DNA of 64,000 nt from an uncultured virus (IMG/VR IMGVR_UViG_3300030103_005599) (IMGVR_UViG_3300030103_005599); one strand, 5' to 3'; positions 32,301 through 44,591 are shown, counted from the first letter of the stretch. Program-made: numbers and translations. Notes: a model not told the origin generated them from the letters alone.

Positions 32301-35300
32301 CTCCAGGCAGTCTCCGCTGGTGCATGATCACCAAACTTCCATGGTAGTCCCCTGCCAGGAATGTCAAAGAAATTAACAATACCGATAGCCAGTGGATCTA
32401 ATAGGTTACCAGATGCGTCTACAGGAAGGTATGTCCTTACGTCAGGCTTGCCGTATCTACCCTGATGAGATGCAATGTCATTCCATAAGACATCGTTCCC
32501 AGCAGTGTACGGTGCCGCACCATACGTTGCCTCCCAAGTGCTTGGCTTCTCTGAATGACCCAACATCTCCCACGGTGTCAAATGTGGTGTATCTGTGTCA
32601 TAGAAAAATTTGTAAATGGCACGCCAGTAACCAGGTAGGTTTTGTCCTGTCACCCTGTCCGTTGATAGCGAATAGTTGTATGTGAAAGGAGATCCTTCCG
32701 AAAACGCTGTATTGTTTATGTATTGAACTTTGTTCCTGCCTGCCCATACATAAAAATCAGCGGCCATTGTGTCGTCAACTTGTTTACGTGTATACTCTGT
32801 TGATGTAAACACACTTGGCATCACATCTCCCCATGCAAGGTTTGTACTGTCGTATGCTGTCTTACAGTTGTTGTATATTCTTTTTTCCAATTCTAAAATA
32901 AGATCATCGCGTTCGTCGCCATAGGCCTTGATAATAGAACCGTCGTGTCTTCTTATGACATTTGTAGATGTGGTATAACTGTCATCGGTGTATGACTCAG
33001 GCTTAAACTTAGGATAGATTCCTAATTTTGTCGGAGTTGGAGGAACATAACTTCCTGTTGTGTCAGCGTAATCCTTAATTACTATTTTGTCACCCACGGT
33101 CAGTGCTTTTGAAATATTAATGCTATCATCTGTTGTGCTGAATGTATATTCTGAACCCAACACCAACTGCACATCATTAAGATATACGTAGACTGCTCTA
33201 TTGCTTAATTTTGTGATATCGTGCAAAGAATCAATCGCGTAATCCTTTTGCGATGTTCCCTGGACAGTGTAACTTCTTGTAGACACGTTCTGCCCATATC
33301 CAATCATGTCCTCATAAAAGAAAGGAAACTTACTGTTTTTGCCTACCGATATTGTTTCAATAATTTCGTCAACCCTGTCTCTGGCAACTCCTTCATAAGC
33401 AGTGCCAACTGCATTTGTAAGGAAACTATTGTACCATTGTTCGTATTGTAGGTTTACATAATCTATTGCTGTTAGTACATTGGTTTCTTGATCTGTTAGA
33501 CCAAATATTGCCGGTACAATAGATGCTTCGTGTTGCTGAATAGATCCGCCTAACAACCTTGCATCTGGTTTGTCTCGCAAATTTGACTGCCCTGGTATTG
33601 ATCCTGTAACCGCACTGTTTTTGTCTAGTATATCTTTTACATGATTAACAATTTGTCCAAAAGTAAATTCATTAGTTGCTGTGTTCAAACCGTTTACTGA
33701 AAGATTTTCAGGTACTTCGTATATTCCTTTGTTGGCGACTTTGTCAGCACTGCTATGGCCCGCGATCCTTATTTGATCATCAACCTTAAGTTCTGCGTTA
33801 AACTTTACGTACTTGTTGGTACTGCCATCTACTAGTGTGTAGTCAGTTGTTACAGTCTTCCTTGCGCCGTTAACCTGTACGGAAATATCTAGATCTGTTA
33901 GGCTGGCAGAATTTTTGAAAAAATCTATAGGAAAAAGTTGTTTTTCAGTTGCGTCTACTATAAAAGTCCTTATCACCCTTTGTTTACTAGATGCAGATCT
34001 TTTGATCCATGCACTACGAGAATTGTGTGTTGTCCTACTTGTAGTGTAATGTAAATGACCTTCTGCTAAATTTTTTGTAATTGTTTTTTTACCTGTCTTG
34101 TATGTAAAAGTACCCGACGTGTGATCTGACTCAAAAACAATATCTCCAACATTGTTAATTGTTCTATATTTGACTTTGATGCCCAGCACGGTATCCTCCG
34201 TGGCACTGTCAGAAGTTGCAAATGATAAAACTTTTGCCCCCGCGAAAGTCGAATTGGGATAAGTCGTTGCGTCATCAAAAGATACATGGTCATTGTCCCA
34301 CATACCAAAAAGAGGTTGCTGATTTAATTTTGTTTTAGATTGAGCAGTCTTCCATACTTTGTTTGTATCGTCGTAATAATAATTCTTGCCTTTACCTAGT
34401 GTGCCTTGTTTGACATAAATGTTTTCATTATCGCCGACAATGTTGGTCTCTACCAATGCAATCACTTGCGTTGAATCTCCTGCTGTAACAAAATTTACAG
34501 TGTAAATCCTATTTTTTACTGCGATATCTGTGTCCGCGGAAAAAACTACCCTCATTCCTTGTGTAAGTTCAACACCGTCTATAAAATAACCTGTTGCTCT
34601 AGGAACTACACTCAAAGCATCAGTAATAGTTGTGTCAAATAGATCGACAGGATCCTTTGCAACTGTTCCATGATTGTATAAAGCCAATCCAGAATCAAAT
34701 TCTATAATGGGTCTTTTTGCTCGATCATTCTCATCAAGCACTTTTGGAGTGCCATTAACGGTAGCCGCTTTGTCAATATTATCTCTATGGAACCACCTGT
34801 TGTAACGTGACCAAGGGTTTTGATCTCTGCTGTCCCTTTTGATTGTAATGTAATCTTTATCTTTCGGCGTTCCGTCATCGGAATACGATTCTGGTGTTAC
34901 TAAAGATGTGACATCTGTCAATGATATAGCATCACCTACACCTTCTACATAATATTCTTTGTTTTTATATGCACTTGCAACCAGATCGGTTTTAAATTTT
35001 ATCTTCATACCGTTTGATAGGGCAAGTGTTCTAAGGCTGTAATTTTTTACACCTACGATGTCATCTTCTACCTCAATCTGTGAATTAGAAGCAACAGTCT
35101 TGATATTCAGCACCCCGTACATGTTTTCATGACTGCTACATTGATAGTATAACGTATTAGGGGCATCTGTTGGAACAACAAATGTTAGTGTACCTTTTTG
35201 CACACCGTTGTTTGTGACACCTTCGTTGTAATGTACCGATGTTGATCCGTCCGCGGCTATCCCGCCTGATATTGGCTCGGACATTATGTAGAAAGGATGT

Positions 35301-35974
35301 CCTGTTTCACTTTTTGTAAATTTGTATGTGTTTCCTCTATAAAGCGTAATTTCTGGATTACGTAAATTTTCCTTATGTGGGAAACTGTATGCTCTGCCTG
35401 TGGTTCCGTCGTCCGCCAGTGCTTCTACTTTGAATTCAACTTCTGCTCCTGTCCCAACTGAATCTATTTCTATAGCACTTGGTCCATCCGACACCCAATA
35501 GTATTCCCTGTAATTAACAAGTTTGTCATAATCAACTGCTGGGTTCCACGAGTATGCAGTTTCTTTGTTTAATCTGTCATGGTTGTCAACATTGGCTCCA
35601 AAATATTTAAGTTGATTGATATAGTCATCATATGTGCCAGTGAACTTAACTTGGTCTTCTGGATTGATAGATGTTGTATCGTTATCAATATAGGTTACTG
35701 CAGGTTCCAGTTGATATGCAAATCTATCTCTACTGGTTGCACCAAGATACCTATCTGTGACCTCCCTTGTGTAGGCGTCCTGCCGTCCGATAAATCCGTC
35801 TAATCTCTCTAGAGATCCTTTTTGTATTAGAGAATCTAAAGTGCTAGACAAGAAACGTTGGTTGGTATCTGTCCTGTAGAATGCCGGAAGGTGTTGTACT
35901 GATCTTCTGTACTCGTTGTCACCTTGTTTTACAACTTCCTGATTTGCTTGTGAATTGATTGGTGTGTCAGCCAT
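23327..35974 (-). CDS. Giant baseplate wedge/structural protein (gp7-like position), 4215 aa
   Basis: Follows gp6; YIREKGT and [11 protein letters not shown] wedge-like motifs; FG-GAP-like repeats; GGSGY..APTVTI repeats; GDGST..F repeats. Confidence 0.7.
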   Translation of the reverse strand: MADTPINSQANQEVVKQGDNEYRRSVQHLPAFYRTDTNQRFLSSTLDSLIQKGSLERLDGFIGRQDAYTREVTDRYLGATSRDRFAYQLEPAVTYIDNDTTSINPEDQVKFTGTYDDYINQLKYFGANVDNHDRLNKETAYSWNPAVDYDKLVNYREYYWVSDGPSAIEIDSVGTGAEVEFKVEALADDGTTGRAYSFPHKENLRNPEITLYRGNTYKFTKSETGHPFYIMSEPISGGIAADGSTSVHYNEGVTNNGVQKGTLTFVVPTDAPNTLYYQCSSHENMYGVLNIKTVASNSQIEVEDDIVGVKNYSLRTLALSNGMKIKFKTDLVASAYKNKEYYVEGVGDAISLTDVTSLVTPESYSDDGTPKDKDYITIKRDSRDQNPWSRYNRWFHRDNIDKAATVNGTPKVLDENDRAKRPIIEFDSGLALYNHGTVAKDPVDLFDTTITDALSVVPRATGYFIDGVELTQGMRVVFSADTDIAVKNRIYTVNFVTAGDSTQVIALVETNIVGDNENIYVKQGTLGKGKNYYYDDTNKVWKTAQSKTKLNQQPLFGMWDNDHVSFDDATTYPNSTFAGAKVLSFATSDSATEDTVLGIKVKYRTINNVGDIVFESDHTSGTFTYKTGKKTITKNLAEGHLHYTTSRTTHNSRSAWIKRSASSKQRVIRTFIVDATEKQLFPIDFFKNSASLTDLDISVQVNGARKTVTTDYTLVDGSTNKYVKFNAELKVDDQIRIAGHSSADKVANKGIYEVPENLSVNGLNTATNEFTFGQIVNHVKDILDKNSAVTGSIPGQSNLRDKPDARLLGGSIQQHEASIVPAIFGLTDQETNVLTAIDYVNLQYEQWYNSFLTNAVGTAYEGVARDRVDEIIETISVGKNSKFPFFYEDMIGYGQNVSTRSYTVQGTSQKDYAIDSLHDITKLSNRAVYVYLNDVQLVLGSEYTFSTTDDSINISKALTVGDKIVIKDYADTTGSYVPPTPTKLGIYPKFKPESYTDDSYTTSTNVIRRHDGSIIKAYGDERDDLILELEKRIYNNCKTAYDSTNLAWGDVMPSVFTSTEYTRKQVDDTMAADFYVWAGRNKVQYINNTAFSEGSPFTYNYSLSTDRVTGQNLPGYWRAIYKFFYDTDTPHLTPWEMLGHSEKPSTWEATYGAAPYTAGNDVLWNDIASHQGRYGKPDVRTYLPVDASGNLLDPLAIGIVNFFDIPGRGLPWKFGDHAPAETAWRRSSAYPFSVLKTLAITKPAKFFENLFDVSRLSINSAGNKISSDTGIRFNLNKAKYHLETETDVTTGVTTRFMTAGYQVFVVNYLTGKGLDPKAFYYDKMKNLDIQLVYKLGGFTDKDNIKVLTDSVSPGSTAGSKFIPDENYKINFRTSNPVESFQYSGVLIEKNTDTSLDGSSLLGGFKVLGYSTTKPFFNFNYPVKTSTKSSLKVEGSVGVDQFTNYQETVQTIPYGYVFTTVQDVADFLLGYGNYLESEGFKFNKFSKEIKETLNWTNAVREFLFWTTQEWAPGSAITVSPAADGFELDTNNSIVGKLRNLAGDYSIVDAGGRKIDIREISTKRLGKTFDLTMKSADIGLYNIELNTVQKEHILIFDNNTVFSDVIYDPFTGFRQQRLKVVGWKTGNWDGDYYAPGFVFDAAQVTYWIANTDYRIGDAVEYQGKFYVASVNHNAGDKFISDNWVLKNDKPAPQLIPNFEYKIAQFNDFYNLETNNFDESQQQLAQRLIGYQSRDYLENLFVNDVSQYKFYQGYIREKGTQSAIDKILKAKYENSDITLNFYPDWMIRTGQFGNLDSIENIQVTLDDKTINTDPLSLEFFDTESFSKDYVRSVGVFKDNFYYKPLEYTASDTFKRYDFTQPGKDRDNVQIYKTAGYPQVQQVQHTAFYIQDLLSLDVESVSRNDLIWVASKENADWDVLRMTFSGFKIDSLQPNINNTQMLIKFTDSHGLTAGSATTTADYFAITNSESTTLNRVYRVASVPTHDSVLVEYDDDTTFIPTLADGSTADSYGNIYKFISVRINSMDNVNDRLAYSEYKDKNDTLEIPGDKVFADADTSGLWRVYEKQDPYTEKIINSPNTTTSNQEFGYRVVARNDGRTVVVSAPGKGQGEVHFLFRTSHNAGTSFSTQATATMTENDDNTSRLGESLSISTDENFVVAGAPYTNTLDNDGSTRQIDAGLIKVYVWNPDRYQYGILNTLTPPTDGSTENENLNFGWSHKIAEPTDASTRSTARKYLFVSAPGHSNDTGVVYMYTWGIGADGSTYDTWTQDASIMSPAGGSAQRFGHRLETNDNGDILAVSSIAPGNAGKVEIFVRQGASDGDSTQNTFTHVQTLTGVTSDGSTLNTAFGESIAMSKDGTTLIIGATGVDDVQVDAGAVYTYKWNADGSTNTYTLQQTINAPDKLDNVRFGSSVSLTQDGTRLAIGAEKSANPREMKFDSGETTFDLQDTRIVDTNEGSGAVYTATIYNSQYVLDDRLVSTKVSSFDDFGRGVSMSANNLFIGSPNDEGNPDLTNDGTVHQYDCNTDGEYAWKNLTTETNFIDIEKLGQVFDFNNGTKQIGNYYDLYDPIKGRILGQADREINYRSPWDPATYNTGDQSNIKTPWLEDHIGEVWWDLTKIKYIWYEQDDQQYKVNNWGKLFPGSSVDVYEWTESSLLPEDWNGLVGSETGNNNSISGIANLQYSVAQRYDSRLDALVDVYYYWVKNKNTLPRNSVVHRKNTTGYVANLISNPRSGAVQWYAATDTNKIMINKLSPLINSDVVLNIDIRKNDFEGDAHSVWKLAREGDKDWRPNAEIETKWWDSLCGQNSAGDVVPDVNLPIYNRYGNSIRPRQSWYVDRLEALKEIIDYANSVIKKTQLAGQVSLDNLNSEDPEPTVESGEWDASVDTYADLTYINTADISGSVNYLVKADETANDLWAIYQWDGTQFNRTKIQTYNTSKYWSYTDWYGTDPAIHEMIHSENTPIDKQVTFEYELDALDLAVGKHVKVTNADTGGWKLFMKTSTGWTNVGTENGTFKLSTKLYDYSQDATGFAGEDNFDDNTFDQEPNQETRQVLKALKEDFFKGDLSIEYNNLFFVGLRKVLEEQTYVDWMFKTSFITAVNSVRSLDTRKTYTKGTDTWIESYINEVKPFHTKLRNYKLGYYAPEQHDGVITDFDNPPFYDETTGKIRKFNPTYDTAKRTTYPWQLWYDYYTKHVKSITVFAGGSGYETAPTVTISGGGATTQATATATITGGVVTSITLTGIGFGYTSTPTVTLTGGMNDGTAPSDAAKAYANLDNDLVRDFDTTIKFDRITSTSTVVDWAANTTYKYGAKIRYQNELYKAVNEFTSTTDFDDNEGAVTKYYGDETGLTAADRIKGFYTPTDGMPGNELSQVMSGVDYGGTMVTGLLFKQSQGWDESAWYDYPWDNYGVSRVRAFYADGTTKAFTFAGETSVVYHVYKTESDERTKLSDTFIGTGSEATYTLTGATPNENALIEFIPADDDGVLTPTDDRTLDSIIKGGLFTKNGLYGSALGTAPSDINVDGDAFVSSTTSYAPEEVVPGQIFDTVDIKVYTAPESGVPLITDRNYHGDGSTTTFALGDHPGTLASVKVSVDGVTKKAQIDGSTVEDYTIDVGAKTITFTTAPGSGALVSTKVFAISGVNYRVLDTFTGDGSTTVYTTSARQDFNIDSTNSEIYVTVDGVPTTDLTITYTDPEHADGSTTIIGNTAIVTFTTAPTSGQFIQIAGFQSSSTTRSVAQIRSEDFTYDESTTNYALTFPPGSITPMHGLCIIELDGKVLRGPDTTYYKGDGSTYTYGVASSLSDGSTVDPAKIITNTNQIEVHYNGRKLSEGALPNGNYTVDLAAQTVSTNAPANPGDIVAITTLVDKHYQIDNQPSSPVLVLDTAQMHTDGFNKSGTMRVTTFNNALGMKYRREVLEGRPNGEFFLHDEPLNSTYMYVWLNGIQLTQNVDFAFNFALDGPKITVHGKTITTSDRLDVMFFALQSATDSIGYRIFKDMLNRTFYRRISKTHTTILTETLQTTDTTITVADGTKLAEPGFTISTDGSTISDRTPGVVFIGKERIEYFTKSGNTLGQLQRGTLGTGIKEHGSGAEVVDASGTQTIPYVDTVHTNTFTGDGSTAVFTLSQTPASASELDIFIGGQRVLLTSEDGSTINYSVDGSTTAVTFTTAPADAEQIKILHKRGQVWTTAADGNPGDGKGLQGSTTAQAKFIADEPTNAPE

Positions 35975-38900
35975 TAGTAACCTGCCCCACTACTGCCGGA
36001 ACTTGAACTTGATCCCGATCCTGATGTAGTAGAGCCTGATACTGCTGAACCCGTAGTTGTGTTCGTTGACGTGGTTGATGTTGATGTAACCACAGTGCCA
36101 GAAGCCGCAAGTTGATTGGCTCCTAGTGCTGATATAATCGATACATCATCAACGGTGGCCCCACTGATGAAAATTTCGTCTGCCGCTGAATTAATTTGAA
36201 ACAGAGACCCAAAACTCTGTTCTGATTCGTTAGGCACAATCACAGCAGTCAACAAGTCTGGTGCAAGTTCTTTGTGAATGTATGCGGCAAGTTCTGTAAA
36301 ATAAAAAGTATCTCCAAAGTCCCAATTATCCAGTGCAAAAAACTCGTTAATTGCGGCAATCACTCTTGTTTTGATTACAGCGTCAGTAACATTTGTTTTA
36401 GGATTTTTAACAACCTTAAAAGTTGCCTGTAGTGGCTCAGGGGCGTTGGATCCAAATAAAATTTTGTATTTGACAGGATGGTAAATTATCTGATCTGATA
36501 ATGATTTCAGTGGGTTAAGCACACCAGAGTAATTGATTCTCATCTGGTCTGATGTTGAAACTGACGGCTTCACTCCGCCGTCCTGTAACCATATTCTAAA
36601 CAAATTATCATAAGTTCTTTCAAGCATATACACATCAACAATATTACTAACGCTTGGGTCAATTCTTGTCTCTTGTCCTGCATGATGCTTGTATTGAAAG
36701 TCTATATTACTTCTTCCCCTACGTGCATAGTAATCTGTGCTTGTAGTCAATGAATTAGTGCTTGAGTCATATTTCTTAATAACGTTTTCTGTGTCAGCGT
36801 AGAAATAAAATAGTTGTCCATCTGTGTAAGTTGTTGTTGCAAGATTTATATCTGTTTCATTTTCGGTTACAACAAAATTAGATGCCGCGTAAGGTCTGAA
36901 TCTTTCGATGTCATCATAACTTACATACTTTTCAAAGAAAACAAATTTAGTAGTGACCGAAAGAGTTGGCTCTACTACAATATCAAATATTTCGGGATTG
37001 TCTACTACCCCGTCGTCATCGTCGTCAAAAAACCCAACCTGCACTTTCCTGTTATCTCTGAATCCGTCTGCTTCTGTGACCGTGTCGACTACTTGCCACA
37101 TAATTGGATAACCAATTGCATTTCCAGTTGATACAATGCTATTTGTTTTTAAAATTTTTACAGAATCTTTAACGCTCTTGCCGGTTTTGTAATCATAAAT
37201 TTTTTCTTCTACATCAAAATGAAATTTGTTTTGTCCTTCTGATTCAAATATGTAATCTAATTTCCTGTACGTAACTGTATATGTGTTTCCGTCTGTGGTG
37301 AATTTGAACCACCAACTTGCATCTAAATTTGTTCCTGCCGTGCTTCCTGTGGCTGTCAAACTAAAAGTAGAACTTGCACTTAAATTATTTGTTGTGATTA
37401 CCTTCCAAGATTCACTGTCGATGTCGTATCGTAAACCAAAGTCTTCGTAATTTTCAATTCTATCAATCATGTCATTTTCCAGTGTAGTACTAAATGAAGT
37501 TGTGTAGTTTGGAATCACAGCATTTACTACTGCACCGTCTGGCACTATGTCATTCAACGTAACAGGACCTGCACCAGAATCAAGATTGCCTTGTCCACTG
37601 TTTGAACCATCTCCAACCACAGCACCAATCTTTGCCCATGCTCTGTCTTCTGCGTTTTCTGTACCTGCGGTAACTAATTTTCCATTTAAGAATTCTCTAG
37701 TGTCTGGAGAAGTAAATTTGATTAATGAGCCAACTTTTGCGAATTTAAAATTACTAGTTGCCGAATCTCCTATAGCAAGTGCACCGCCCGATGTGAAAAA
37801 GCCGGTATTTGTATTAGTGCCTGTAGTAGACGAACTCCATGTCGCTGTAAGTGTTGACAAATCTTTTTGTGCATATTTGTCATAGAAAAATTGTCTAGCG
37901 TATGCAGTTTTTGTTTTCGTTTCGACAGAATTATCAATAGTAGACTTAATGTCATTTTTATTTTTGAATGTGAAAGTAAAAGTTGGAGCACTTTCTTCTT
38001 TGTAAAGTATGCCGTCTTCTGCAAAAACACTTACATTAGAATAAGCACCAGTTGGATCAAGTATTTCTTTTGCCCTTGATATACCTGAAGCACTTCTGTT
38101 TACAGATCTAACTTTAACAATTTCCTGTGAAGCAGATAATGGCACTACTTGATAATCCTCTGCTGTAATCATCCTGTTCTGTGAATAATATACCTGTCCT
38201 GCTTTTTCCTTAATAGAATCGTTGGATTCGGAAGCGGCAGAGTTGTAAACTGATTGCTTTAAACTTATCCCCATTGTCAATGTCTGTTGTGATCCATTTG
38301 CATCAATGTATGGCACTGACAAAGATATACCTTGCATGTCACTTGGTTGTATTGCATACTTGGCATTGTCTGATACTCTGTAGTATGTCCTGAAAGTGCC
38401 AAGAGGCAGGTTAGAAAAGTTTCCATCTCCAAAGACAAGATCTATTGTGTCATCAGCCTTACTGACAACGTTAAAAATATTTCTTTCGTCTTTGCTTAAA
38501 GAATTGTATATGGCATTGTTACCGGATAAAGAAGGAACCTTTGTCCATTGTTCAAAAATTTGTCCGAACTGATCCAACTTGTACAACCAAACATCCGTGT
38601 CATTGACATTAGAAGTAGTGAAACTTCTAACAAAATTTGTAATGGCAGTGTCGACAGTAAATTCTGTGTTTTCCATTGTACCTTGTTTGAAAAGGAAAAA
38701 ATAACCTGTGTTGTTTGAACTATCGCCTGCTCCGTCATTTCTAAAAGTGTATGTAAGGCCTGTTCCAGGAACAGGTGCTGACTCGTAAATGCTGTCAGAA
38801 TCATTAATCGAACTTGGCACAACTTCAAATACTCTTGACGTGCCTCCGATGTCTTTGGAGAATTGGTATATAGGAAGATCTGACTGATTGGACGATAGTG

Positions 38901-39462
38901 TGTAAACTTCCGTATCCACTGACCCAATAGTTTTCTTCTCTCTCGGACTTCCAAAAAGTTGTCCTGTTTGATTAGCGGCATTTAAAATTGCTGTGAATTG
39001 CTGTCTGTAATTAGAATTAGCACTGTCATTCCATATGATAGTTTGATCAGCAAGGTTGGCTCCTGAACTATCATTGACAGTTTGTGTTGTAGATATAGAA
39101 TCTACTTTTAAAAGTCCAGTTGCAGGCCTATTTCTTTTGGCATTGTAATTGATTAATCTCGCTAGTCTCAATACTGAATTTCTTCTTTCGGCAGTTTCTA
39201 AGAAATTTTCTCTTGCGTTAAGATCTACCCTGAAAGATAGTGCCTGTGCTATGTAGGCAATTAAATCAATAAGTGCAACATATTCTGAACTCTCTACAAA
39301 GTCATTGAAATCATCTGGATAATTCTCACGTAGATAAGATACCATTGTTCTACGTAAAGTTTCAAAATCGTAAGATTTGAAATCTGCCTGTTGAAACGCT
39401 TGATAAATCTTACGCCAATCTTCGGCTACTAATAATCTGTTCTGTCTATCTGTTGTGGCCAT
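35974..39462 (-). CDS. Baseplate wedge subunit (T4 gp6-like)
   Basis: [45 protein letters not shown]. Confidence 0.85.
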   Translation of the reverse strand: MATTDRQNRLLVAEDWRKIYQAFQQADFKSYDFETLRRTMVSYLRENYPDDFNDFVESSEYVALIDLIAYIAQALSFRVDLNARENFLETAERRNSVLRLARLINYNAKRNRPATGLLKVDSISTTQTVNDSSGANLADQTIIWNDSANSNYRQQFTAILNAANQTGQLFGSPREKKTIGSVDTEVYTLSSNQSDLPIYQFSKDIGGTSRVFEVVPSSINDSDSIYESAPVPGTGLTYTFRNDGAGDSSNNTGYFFLFKQGTMENTEFTVDTAITNFVRSFTTSNVNDTDVWLYKLDQFGQIFEQWTKVPSLSGNNAIYNSLSKDERNIFNVVSKADDTIDLVFGDGNFSNLPLGTFRTYYRVSDNAKYAIQPSDMQGISLSVPYIDANGSQQTLTMGISLKQSVYNSAASESNDSIKEKAGQVYYSQNRMITAEDYQVVPLSASQEIVKVRSVNRSASGISRAKEILDPTGAYSNVSVFAEDGILYKEESAPTFTFTFKNKNDIKSTIDNSVETKTKTAYARQFFYDKYAQKDLSTLTATWSSSTTGTNTNTGFFTSGGALAIGDSATSNFKFAKVGSLIKFTSPDTREFLNGKLVTAGTENAEDRAWAKIGAVVGDGSNSGQGNLDSGAGPVTLNDIVPDGAVVNAVIPNYTTSFSTTLENDMIDRIENYEDFGLRYDIDSESWKVITTNNLSASSTFSLTATGSTAGTNLDASWWFKFTTDGNTYTVTYRKLDYIFESEGQNKFHFDVEEKIYDYKTGKSVKDSVKILKTNSIVSTGNAIGYPIMWQVVDTVTEADGFRDNRKVQVGFFDDDDDGVVDNPEIFDIVVEPTLSVTTKFVFFEKYVSYDDIERFRPYAASNFVVTENETDINLATTTYTDGQLFYFYADTENVIKKYDSSTNSLTTSTDYYARRGRSNIDFQYKHHAGQETRIDPSVSNIVDVYMLERTYDNLFRIWLQDGGVKPSVSTSDQMRINYSGVLNPLKSLSDQIIYHPVKYKILFGSNAPEPLQATFKVVKNPKTNVTDAVIKTRVIAAINEFFALDNWDFGDTFYFTELAAYIHKELAPDLLTAVIVPNESEQSFGSLFQINSAADEIFISGATVDDVSIISALGANQLAASGTVVTSTSTTSTNTTTGSAVSGSTTSGSGSSSSSGSSGAGY

Positions 39463-39476
39463 ACTGTTTGTATGGA

Positions 39477-39484
39477 TATTTATA
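39477..39484 (-). promoter_or_regulatory. T4-type late promoter TATAAATA
   Basis: Exact match 14 nt upstream of the gp6-like start. Confidence 0.7.
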
Positions 39485-39504
39485 ACTTAAATTAAGTGCG
39501 TAGT

Positions 39505-39942
39505 TTAAGAAAGACGCAATAGTGAATTTTCATCGAAATTGAACCGTAATTTCTCTGTAATATTCAGCGGCACATATGTAATTGTGGCTTGGATTGCTAT
39601 TCCTTTGTCCGCTTCTGTCACAAGTATTTCTTGTGTTGAGATCCTTGGATCTGCGTTAAGATTATCCGTCACATCATCTATTATTGCATTTTTCAAATCT
39701 TCGGTAAATGGCTCGAATATCGCATCGTATATTATTGTGCCAAACTCCGGATTTTCAACACGTTCACCCTTACGCACACTTAACCTATTGATAAGATCCT
39801 GCTTGGCCACTTCAAAATCATAAAGTTTAAAATTCTGTTGGTTGGCACGAGAACTAAAGCCTTTAAATGTAACTGATCCGCTACCAGGTGCACCTGATCC
39901 CGATCCCGATCCTCCTGATCCTCCTCCACTTCCGTATGCCAT
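39505..39942 (-). CDS. Baseplate wedge subunit / sheath initiator (T4 gp25-like)
   Basis: RKGERVENPEFG..IYDAIFEP...DPRI. Confidence 0.88.
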   Translation of the reverse strand: MAYGSGGGSGGSGSGSGAPGSGSVTFKGFSSRANQQNFKLYDFEVAKQDLINRLSVRKGERVENPEFGTIIYDAIFEPFTEDLKNAIIDDVTDNLNADPRISTQEILVTEADKGIAIQATITYVPLNITEKLRFNFDENSLLRLS

Positions 39943-42383
39943 TAGTTTAATCTCCTAAATTCAACATCTACTTTACTGTAATCAACAGCATAATATCCAT
40001 AGTCGGTCATGTGCCTTGCCCATGGAACTTCCTGTGCCATTACACCAATGTATCTGCCTGGTATTTGATAGTATTTAAACGAATATATGTTAACTCCACT
40101 CGGTGACTTGCCAATTAATCTTATATCTTCTTTGAGTCTTCTGTCACTAAATTTGAAACCACTGAAGAAAGTTTTTACAGCACCACCGATTGCTCCTATT
40201 TTGGTTCCTAAGTTGGCTCCAACATTCTGTAGGAAACTTTGTCCTGCTATGCCTGCCTCCCTTGCGTTAAACAAACCTGTTTTTGATGCCAGGCTCTTGA
40301 CTTGGTTCATCCCAACTATTTTGCCTCCAACCACACTAGAATATGTTTTCGTGATGCTATTGATCGCTCCAATTGTTGGTGTGACATCGGTAGAAAGATT
40401 TCCTTTCAGTCCTTTGACAACATTTAAACTATCGTTTACTATGCTTATATTTTCCGTTATTCCGGAAATAGTGTTTCCTCCTAATGAAAATAATTCGCCT
40501 GTAGAGTTCACAAACACGTTGTCTTTGAAAAGTTTTGTGCTGGTACCTTTAAAGTTCTCCAATACCTGCGTTGTCAATTTGCCAGTGACCGTTGTGGCGT
40601 CGGTGACAAATTGAGATCCCTTTATTTTTTCTGAAATACTATCTTTTAGATCAAAAGGTAAATTTGCTTTTTTGGAGATTCCATAAATGTCATTGTAAGT
40701 AGTTCCAAAATCGGTCAATAATTTTTTGGCTTTTTTAGCATCTGTGCTATTTCCCATTTTCTGTTTTACGTATTCCAATGCGTCCGCCTGGTACTGTGCA
40801 TCTCTGATCGAACTATTCTCACTTATTCTGTTCTGTTGGTTCAGGAATTCCGGAGTGCCTGGTTGGTTTGCCAATTTGCTCCATTGCTTTTTGTCGTCCG
40901 ATGCAATAGGTATAATGCCATCATTTGTAATTACGCTGGCCCTAAACATTGGTTCATGTGTTACAAATCTATGAACGGTAGTTTTTGTTTTCCTCGAAAA
41001 CTGCTCTAAAGGTTTGATACCTTTCTGTGTCAGTTCTACATCGCCTTCTTCTCGTAGTTGCATACCGACCTTTTCCTGCGTAAGCCAACCTGGTCCCCAC
41101 TGTGAACTTGCGCCAACCGAGTTGAAATGCACCTGTGCACCTGCAAGGTGAATCTGTCCTCCTGCTCCATGAAGTTGAGTGCCGTTGGTGAACGAACTTA
41201 ATCCGTCCCTTGCAAAGTCTCTTATAGTACCTGACTGAGAACTATTGAATATTCCTTTTTCTCCTAAATTTAATAATGCGTCCGCAGAATGAATCATTTC
41301 GTTGGCGGCACTAAATCTCACTTGTCCATTGGCGTGCATGTTTATGTTTGCGTCAGAGTGTAAATTGAAATCTCCTTCCGTCCTTAAATTGATTCCCCCT
41401 ATCCCAGAGTAGACGTCTATCCTTCCGTTGGATTGCATTTCTATGTATGCATCTCCCGAACCATTTGCTATATAGACCACACCTTCTGTGTCATGCATCA
41501 ATAATTGGTGTCCTGACGCAGTTCTTAGTCTGGTCAACTGATTTGTTCCGTCGATCGCACCATCATCCATAACAAAAGTTTGTCCTGTACCTCTGGAAAC
41601 AAAATCTTGTGCCGTAGCATTTTTCGGGCCTACTTTTTTCTTCTGTGATCCTTTATCTTTCCTGCCTGGTGTGCTGATACCAAACACTTGGCTTGGAGTT
41701 TCACGTCTAGCCGATGAAGAAGTTGTGCCTCTTACGGGATCTGCTATCAACCCTTGCTTCAATAAGACATCCGCAAATGGGTGTATTGGCTTTGGTGTTG
41801 ACTCATAATTGTTGTTAGTAAGTGCGCCGGGTGTGTTCCTGTTCAACTCTCCCGCAGGAACGTTGTCCGTGCCGTAAGTTTTTTGCTTATCTAAACTTGG
41901 TTCGGCGGTACTGGGTGGACCTGATTTTTGTCCTGTTACAGTGTCCCATGTATTTGAACTTGAGGCAATACCAGGTACCATGTGATTTGTGAAAGGATCT
42001 TGTACGCAACCTATCCAATAGGCCTGTTCCATTTTACCTTCAGCAAATATCACAAGGACTTTTGTTTCGAGATCCGGTGGCACTGCCCAAAAACCATAAG
42101 CGTGTTGACTGTCTTCGTATTCCCTGCTGGCACCATTTGTGAATTGTCCACCTTTAGCACCATAAAAAGGTGCGAGATAATCACAAGTGATTAACTGATC
42201 TTCGCTAGGATCTGAAGTCTTTGCAAGAGTAGGTATGAATACTTTTAGCCTACCCATCCTTGCAGGATCTTTGTTGCCTTTGACTATGCCGAGATACGGC
42301 CCTGGATTCTGTCCTGTCCATGACTTATCACCTCCCGGTGCTTTGGGTGTCGAGGCATCACCTTTTAAATAATTTTCAAGCAT
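39942..42383 (-). CDS. Baseplate hub/spike (T4 gp5/VgrG-like) with C-terminal peptidase S74-like chaperone
   Basis: DPARMGRLKVFIP OB-fold start, VPPD..VLV.F.EG, RTASGHQLLMHD, beta-helix repeats; C-terminal SDRRLKEDI...GVMAQEV...VDYSK. Confidence 0.8.
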   Translation of the reverse strand: MLENYLKGDASTPKAPGGDKSWTGQNPGPYLGIVKGNKDPARMGRLKVFIPTLAKTSDPSEDQLITCDYLAPFYGAKGGQFTNGASREYEDSQHAYGFWAVPPDLETKVLVIFAEGKMEQAYWIGCVQDPFTNHMVPGIASSSNTWDTVTGQKSGPPSTAEPSLDKQKTYGTDNVPAGELNRNTPGALTNNNYESTPKPIHPFADVLLKQGLIADPVRGTTSSSARRETPSQVFGISTPGRKDKGSQKKKVGPKNATAQDFVSRGTGQTFVMDDGAIDGTNQLTRLRTASGHQLLMHDTEGVVYIANGSGDAYIEMQSNGRIDVYSGIGGINLRTEGDFNLHSDANINMHANGQVRFSAANEMIHSADALLNLGEKGIFNSSQSGTIRDFARDGLSSFTNGTQLHGAGGQIHLAGAQVHFNSVGASSQWGPGWLTQEKVGMQLREEGDVELTQKGIKPLEQFSRKTKTTVHRFVTHEPMFRASVITNDGIIPIASDDKKQWSKLANQPGTPEFLNQQNRISENSSIRDAQYQADALEYVKQKMGNSTDAKKAKKLLTDFGTTYNDIYGISKKANLPFDLKDSISEKIKGSQFVTDATTVTGKLTTQVLENFKGTSTKLFKDNVFVNSTGELFSLGGNTISGITENISIVNDSLNVVKGLKGNLSTDVTPTIGAINSITKTYSSVVGGKIVGMNQVKSLASKTGLFNAREAGIAGQSFLQNVGANLGTKIGAIGGAVKTFFSGFKFSDRRLKEDIRLIGKSPSGVNIYSFKYYQIPGRYIGVMAQEVPWARHMTDYGYYAVDYSKVDVEFRRLN

Positions 42384-44590
42384 TAACTAAAAATTCCTTT
42401 CAAGAGATCTTTAAATTTCCTTCCAATGTTAATTACGTCTGTGTACACACCGTTGGCCTGATTTACGATTTCATTTATTTCACTGAATGTTTTTATCTCG
42501 CTAGGTTCACCTCTCCTGTTAAGCACAAACGCTTTAGGCACAGGATTGGATATTGTTACCCCTTGGTTATTAAATCTTGTCAAATGTAACACATTTGTGT
42601 ATTTGCCATCAACAAAGTTGTGCTCGACTTGAACAACTCTGAACAAACCAGAGAAAGTGGCTGACTGATCACTCTGTAGTTCGTATACGCCGGTGTTATT
42701 GTTAAGATCTGTTGGCATCCTGAAGTTCAATAGAATAATAGGTTCTGCTAGATCTGAATTATAGCATCTCAACTTTTCGTTCCATATTTTGTCAAAACCG
42801 CCACGGAAATAATCTACTGTTGTGTCTCTGTGTACACCGTCTCCAAACAGTTCCGGGTTTGCTGGTATGAATTGTGATTGTCCCAACCATGCAGGATCTC
42901 CCAGTATTTCCATCCTGATGTTGACCATGTCTGCCAAAGGATGGGTGAGTGTATCTAGGAATGCATCTAGTTCTGTGGGTGTGCCTCCAGTAAGTCCGGT
43001 TCCTTCTGATTTTGAAGTAGTAACTTCTTGTCTATGAATAAAAGGCGGATCGAGGAAATGATCCTGTGAAGTTGTACTCTGTGCAGATGTTGTGCCTAGG
43101 TTTTCAATTTTGTTTTTCCTCACATTGTCTGCTTGAAAATCCTTCAATCTGCCTTGGAAGTATGCCGCACGGTATTGTATATTCAAATCCAGGACATCAA
43201 GGTTCTCACCTGTGAAGATATAGTTGTATGTTTTGTAAACAAACGCCTTATAATTTTGCCCCGTACTGACACCGGGAATGGCTAAAGAGTAAGCATGTAC
43301 CTTGTAAGGTTCTACTGTGAATGTAATTTCCTTGGCATTTGTTGCCCGTATCTTATCAAATTTATCTGGTAGTAGTTTAACATTAGATCTAATTCTGAAA
43401 TAGTTGAAATAAAAACTTTCCGGATCAGCACCGCCTGTATTTTTATCTCCCAACACGTTTGCCGCTTTTTGTTTGAATTCCTTAAATTTTTGTTCTCTGT
43501 AATCGGGATGGCCTTTCATAAGTTCCTCGAGCACTTTTATAATACTGGCACTACTATTAAGTTTCATCACATCCGGTGGCACTGCTATTTCATTGGCAAC
43601 GTAAAAACCTGCATCTGCTCCTGTGGCACCTTCCTGTGTTGCCATACCTATTGTTTCCACTGTGCTCAAAGTCAAAGGCTTTTCTGGTTTGAGATCTTCG
43701 TGTACGCTAATAATATATTTGTCAGCAATCTCACAAAGTCCTTGTGCTTTTTCATCTTCGGTCTGTTTGTTACAAAGGTCTTCCAAGGTTGTTATTGCGG
43801 ATTTTAGAGATCTTTGGGGTGGATTTAAAGTTCCGCCAGTCCTCAAGTAATTGTATCTGTTTAAGTAGGCATATTCTGTCTGTGGAATGGCTCTAATGTT
43901 ATACACAGTTCCTGCCGCAGTAACGTCCATGTCCATCTGCGTAAATTTTATTGGAATTTTTCTTGTTAAGTAAGTTTTGGTGTTTGCATCTGCCTTCTGG
44001 CCCAGTTCGTCATATCCTTGAAATTCAACAGTAAGCAAATAAGTGGCATCCAAATGATCTAGGAAGTTGTTGTTTATAGCCGCGGCTCTGATACGTTCCA
44101 GTAAAGTAATTCCTGCTGGTTCAATTACCTCCATTGCTATTTCAGTCACAGATGTCAATCTCCGCTTTGCATTCAAGCCGGGTAACGTGTTCATTGTAAC
44201 GCTTCTAAAATAGAGGTCTCTATTACGTCTCAAAACTTCTTGGCTTTTTTCTATTGCGCCTTGCAGTCTTTCGTTGCTTTCAACTATTTTCCTATCTTTA
44301 GGCCCTAATCTTGATTCGCTGGCATTTTCCGTTGGCCCAATACCTGCACTTTTGATTATGATGTCGTGGGGTTTTGAATTTAAAAGTTCTTTAGTCGACG
44401 ACAAATCATTCTCACTGAGGCCACTCAAAGTAAACAATGCATTGTATGATGCAAAGTCATGTAAGGCGTTTTGATCTGATAGGTTGAAAACCTTTTCTCT
44501 TTCTTTTTTTACAGTCTTTTTGAATTTTCCATTAGGACCATCTTGGCTGTACGAACTGGCATTTCTATTCTGATAGGATGTAAACGCCAT
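42383..44590 (-). CDS. Putative baseplate hub protein (gp27-like)
   Basis: Between gp53-like and gp5-like; ILGDP.W, FSGLFRVVQVEHNF.DG.YT..L. Confidence 0.6.
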   Translation of the reverse strand: MAFTSYQNRNASSYSQDGPNGKFKKTVKKEREKVFNLSDQNALHDFASYNALFTLSGLSENDLSSTKELLNSKPHDIIIKSAGIGPTENASESRLGPKDRKIVESNERLQGAIEKSQEVLRRNRDLYFRSVTMNTLPGLNAKRRLTSVTEIAMEVIEPAGITLLERIRAAAINNNFLDHLDATYLLTVEFQGYDELGQKADANTKTYLTRKIPIKFTQMDMDVTAAGTVYNIRAIPQTEYAYLNRYNYLRTGGTLNPPQRSLKSAITTLEDLCNKQTEDEKAQGLCEIADKYIISVHEDLKPEKPLTLSTVETIGMATQEGATGADAGFYVANEIAVPPDVMKLNSSASIIKVLEELMKGHPDYREQKFKEFKQKAANVLGDKNTGGADPESFYFNYFRIRSNVKLLPDKFDKIRATNAKEITFTVEPYKVHAYSLAIPGVSTGQNYKAFVYKTYNYIFTGENLDVLDLNIQYRAAYFQGRLKDFQADNVRKNKIENLGTTSAQSTTSQDHFLDPPFIHRQEVTTSKSEGTGLTGGTPTELDAFLDTLTHPLADMVNIRMEILGDPAWLGQSQFIPANPELFGDGVHRDTTVDYFRGGFDKIWNEKLRCYNSDLAEPIILLNFRMPTDLNNNTGVYELQSDQSATFSGLFRVVQVEHNFVDGKYTNVLHLTRFNNQGVTISNPVPKAFVLNRRGEPSEIKTFSEINEIVNQANGVYTDVINIGRKFKDLLKGIFS

Positions 44591-44591
44591 T

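Noticed and set aside
23327..35974. Intein or DNA-level repeat expansion explaining the giant ORF
   Set aside because: No intein splice or LAGLIDADG motifs seen, and DGST copies use varied codons
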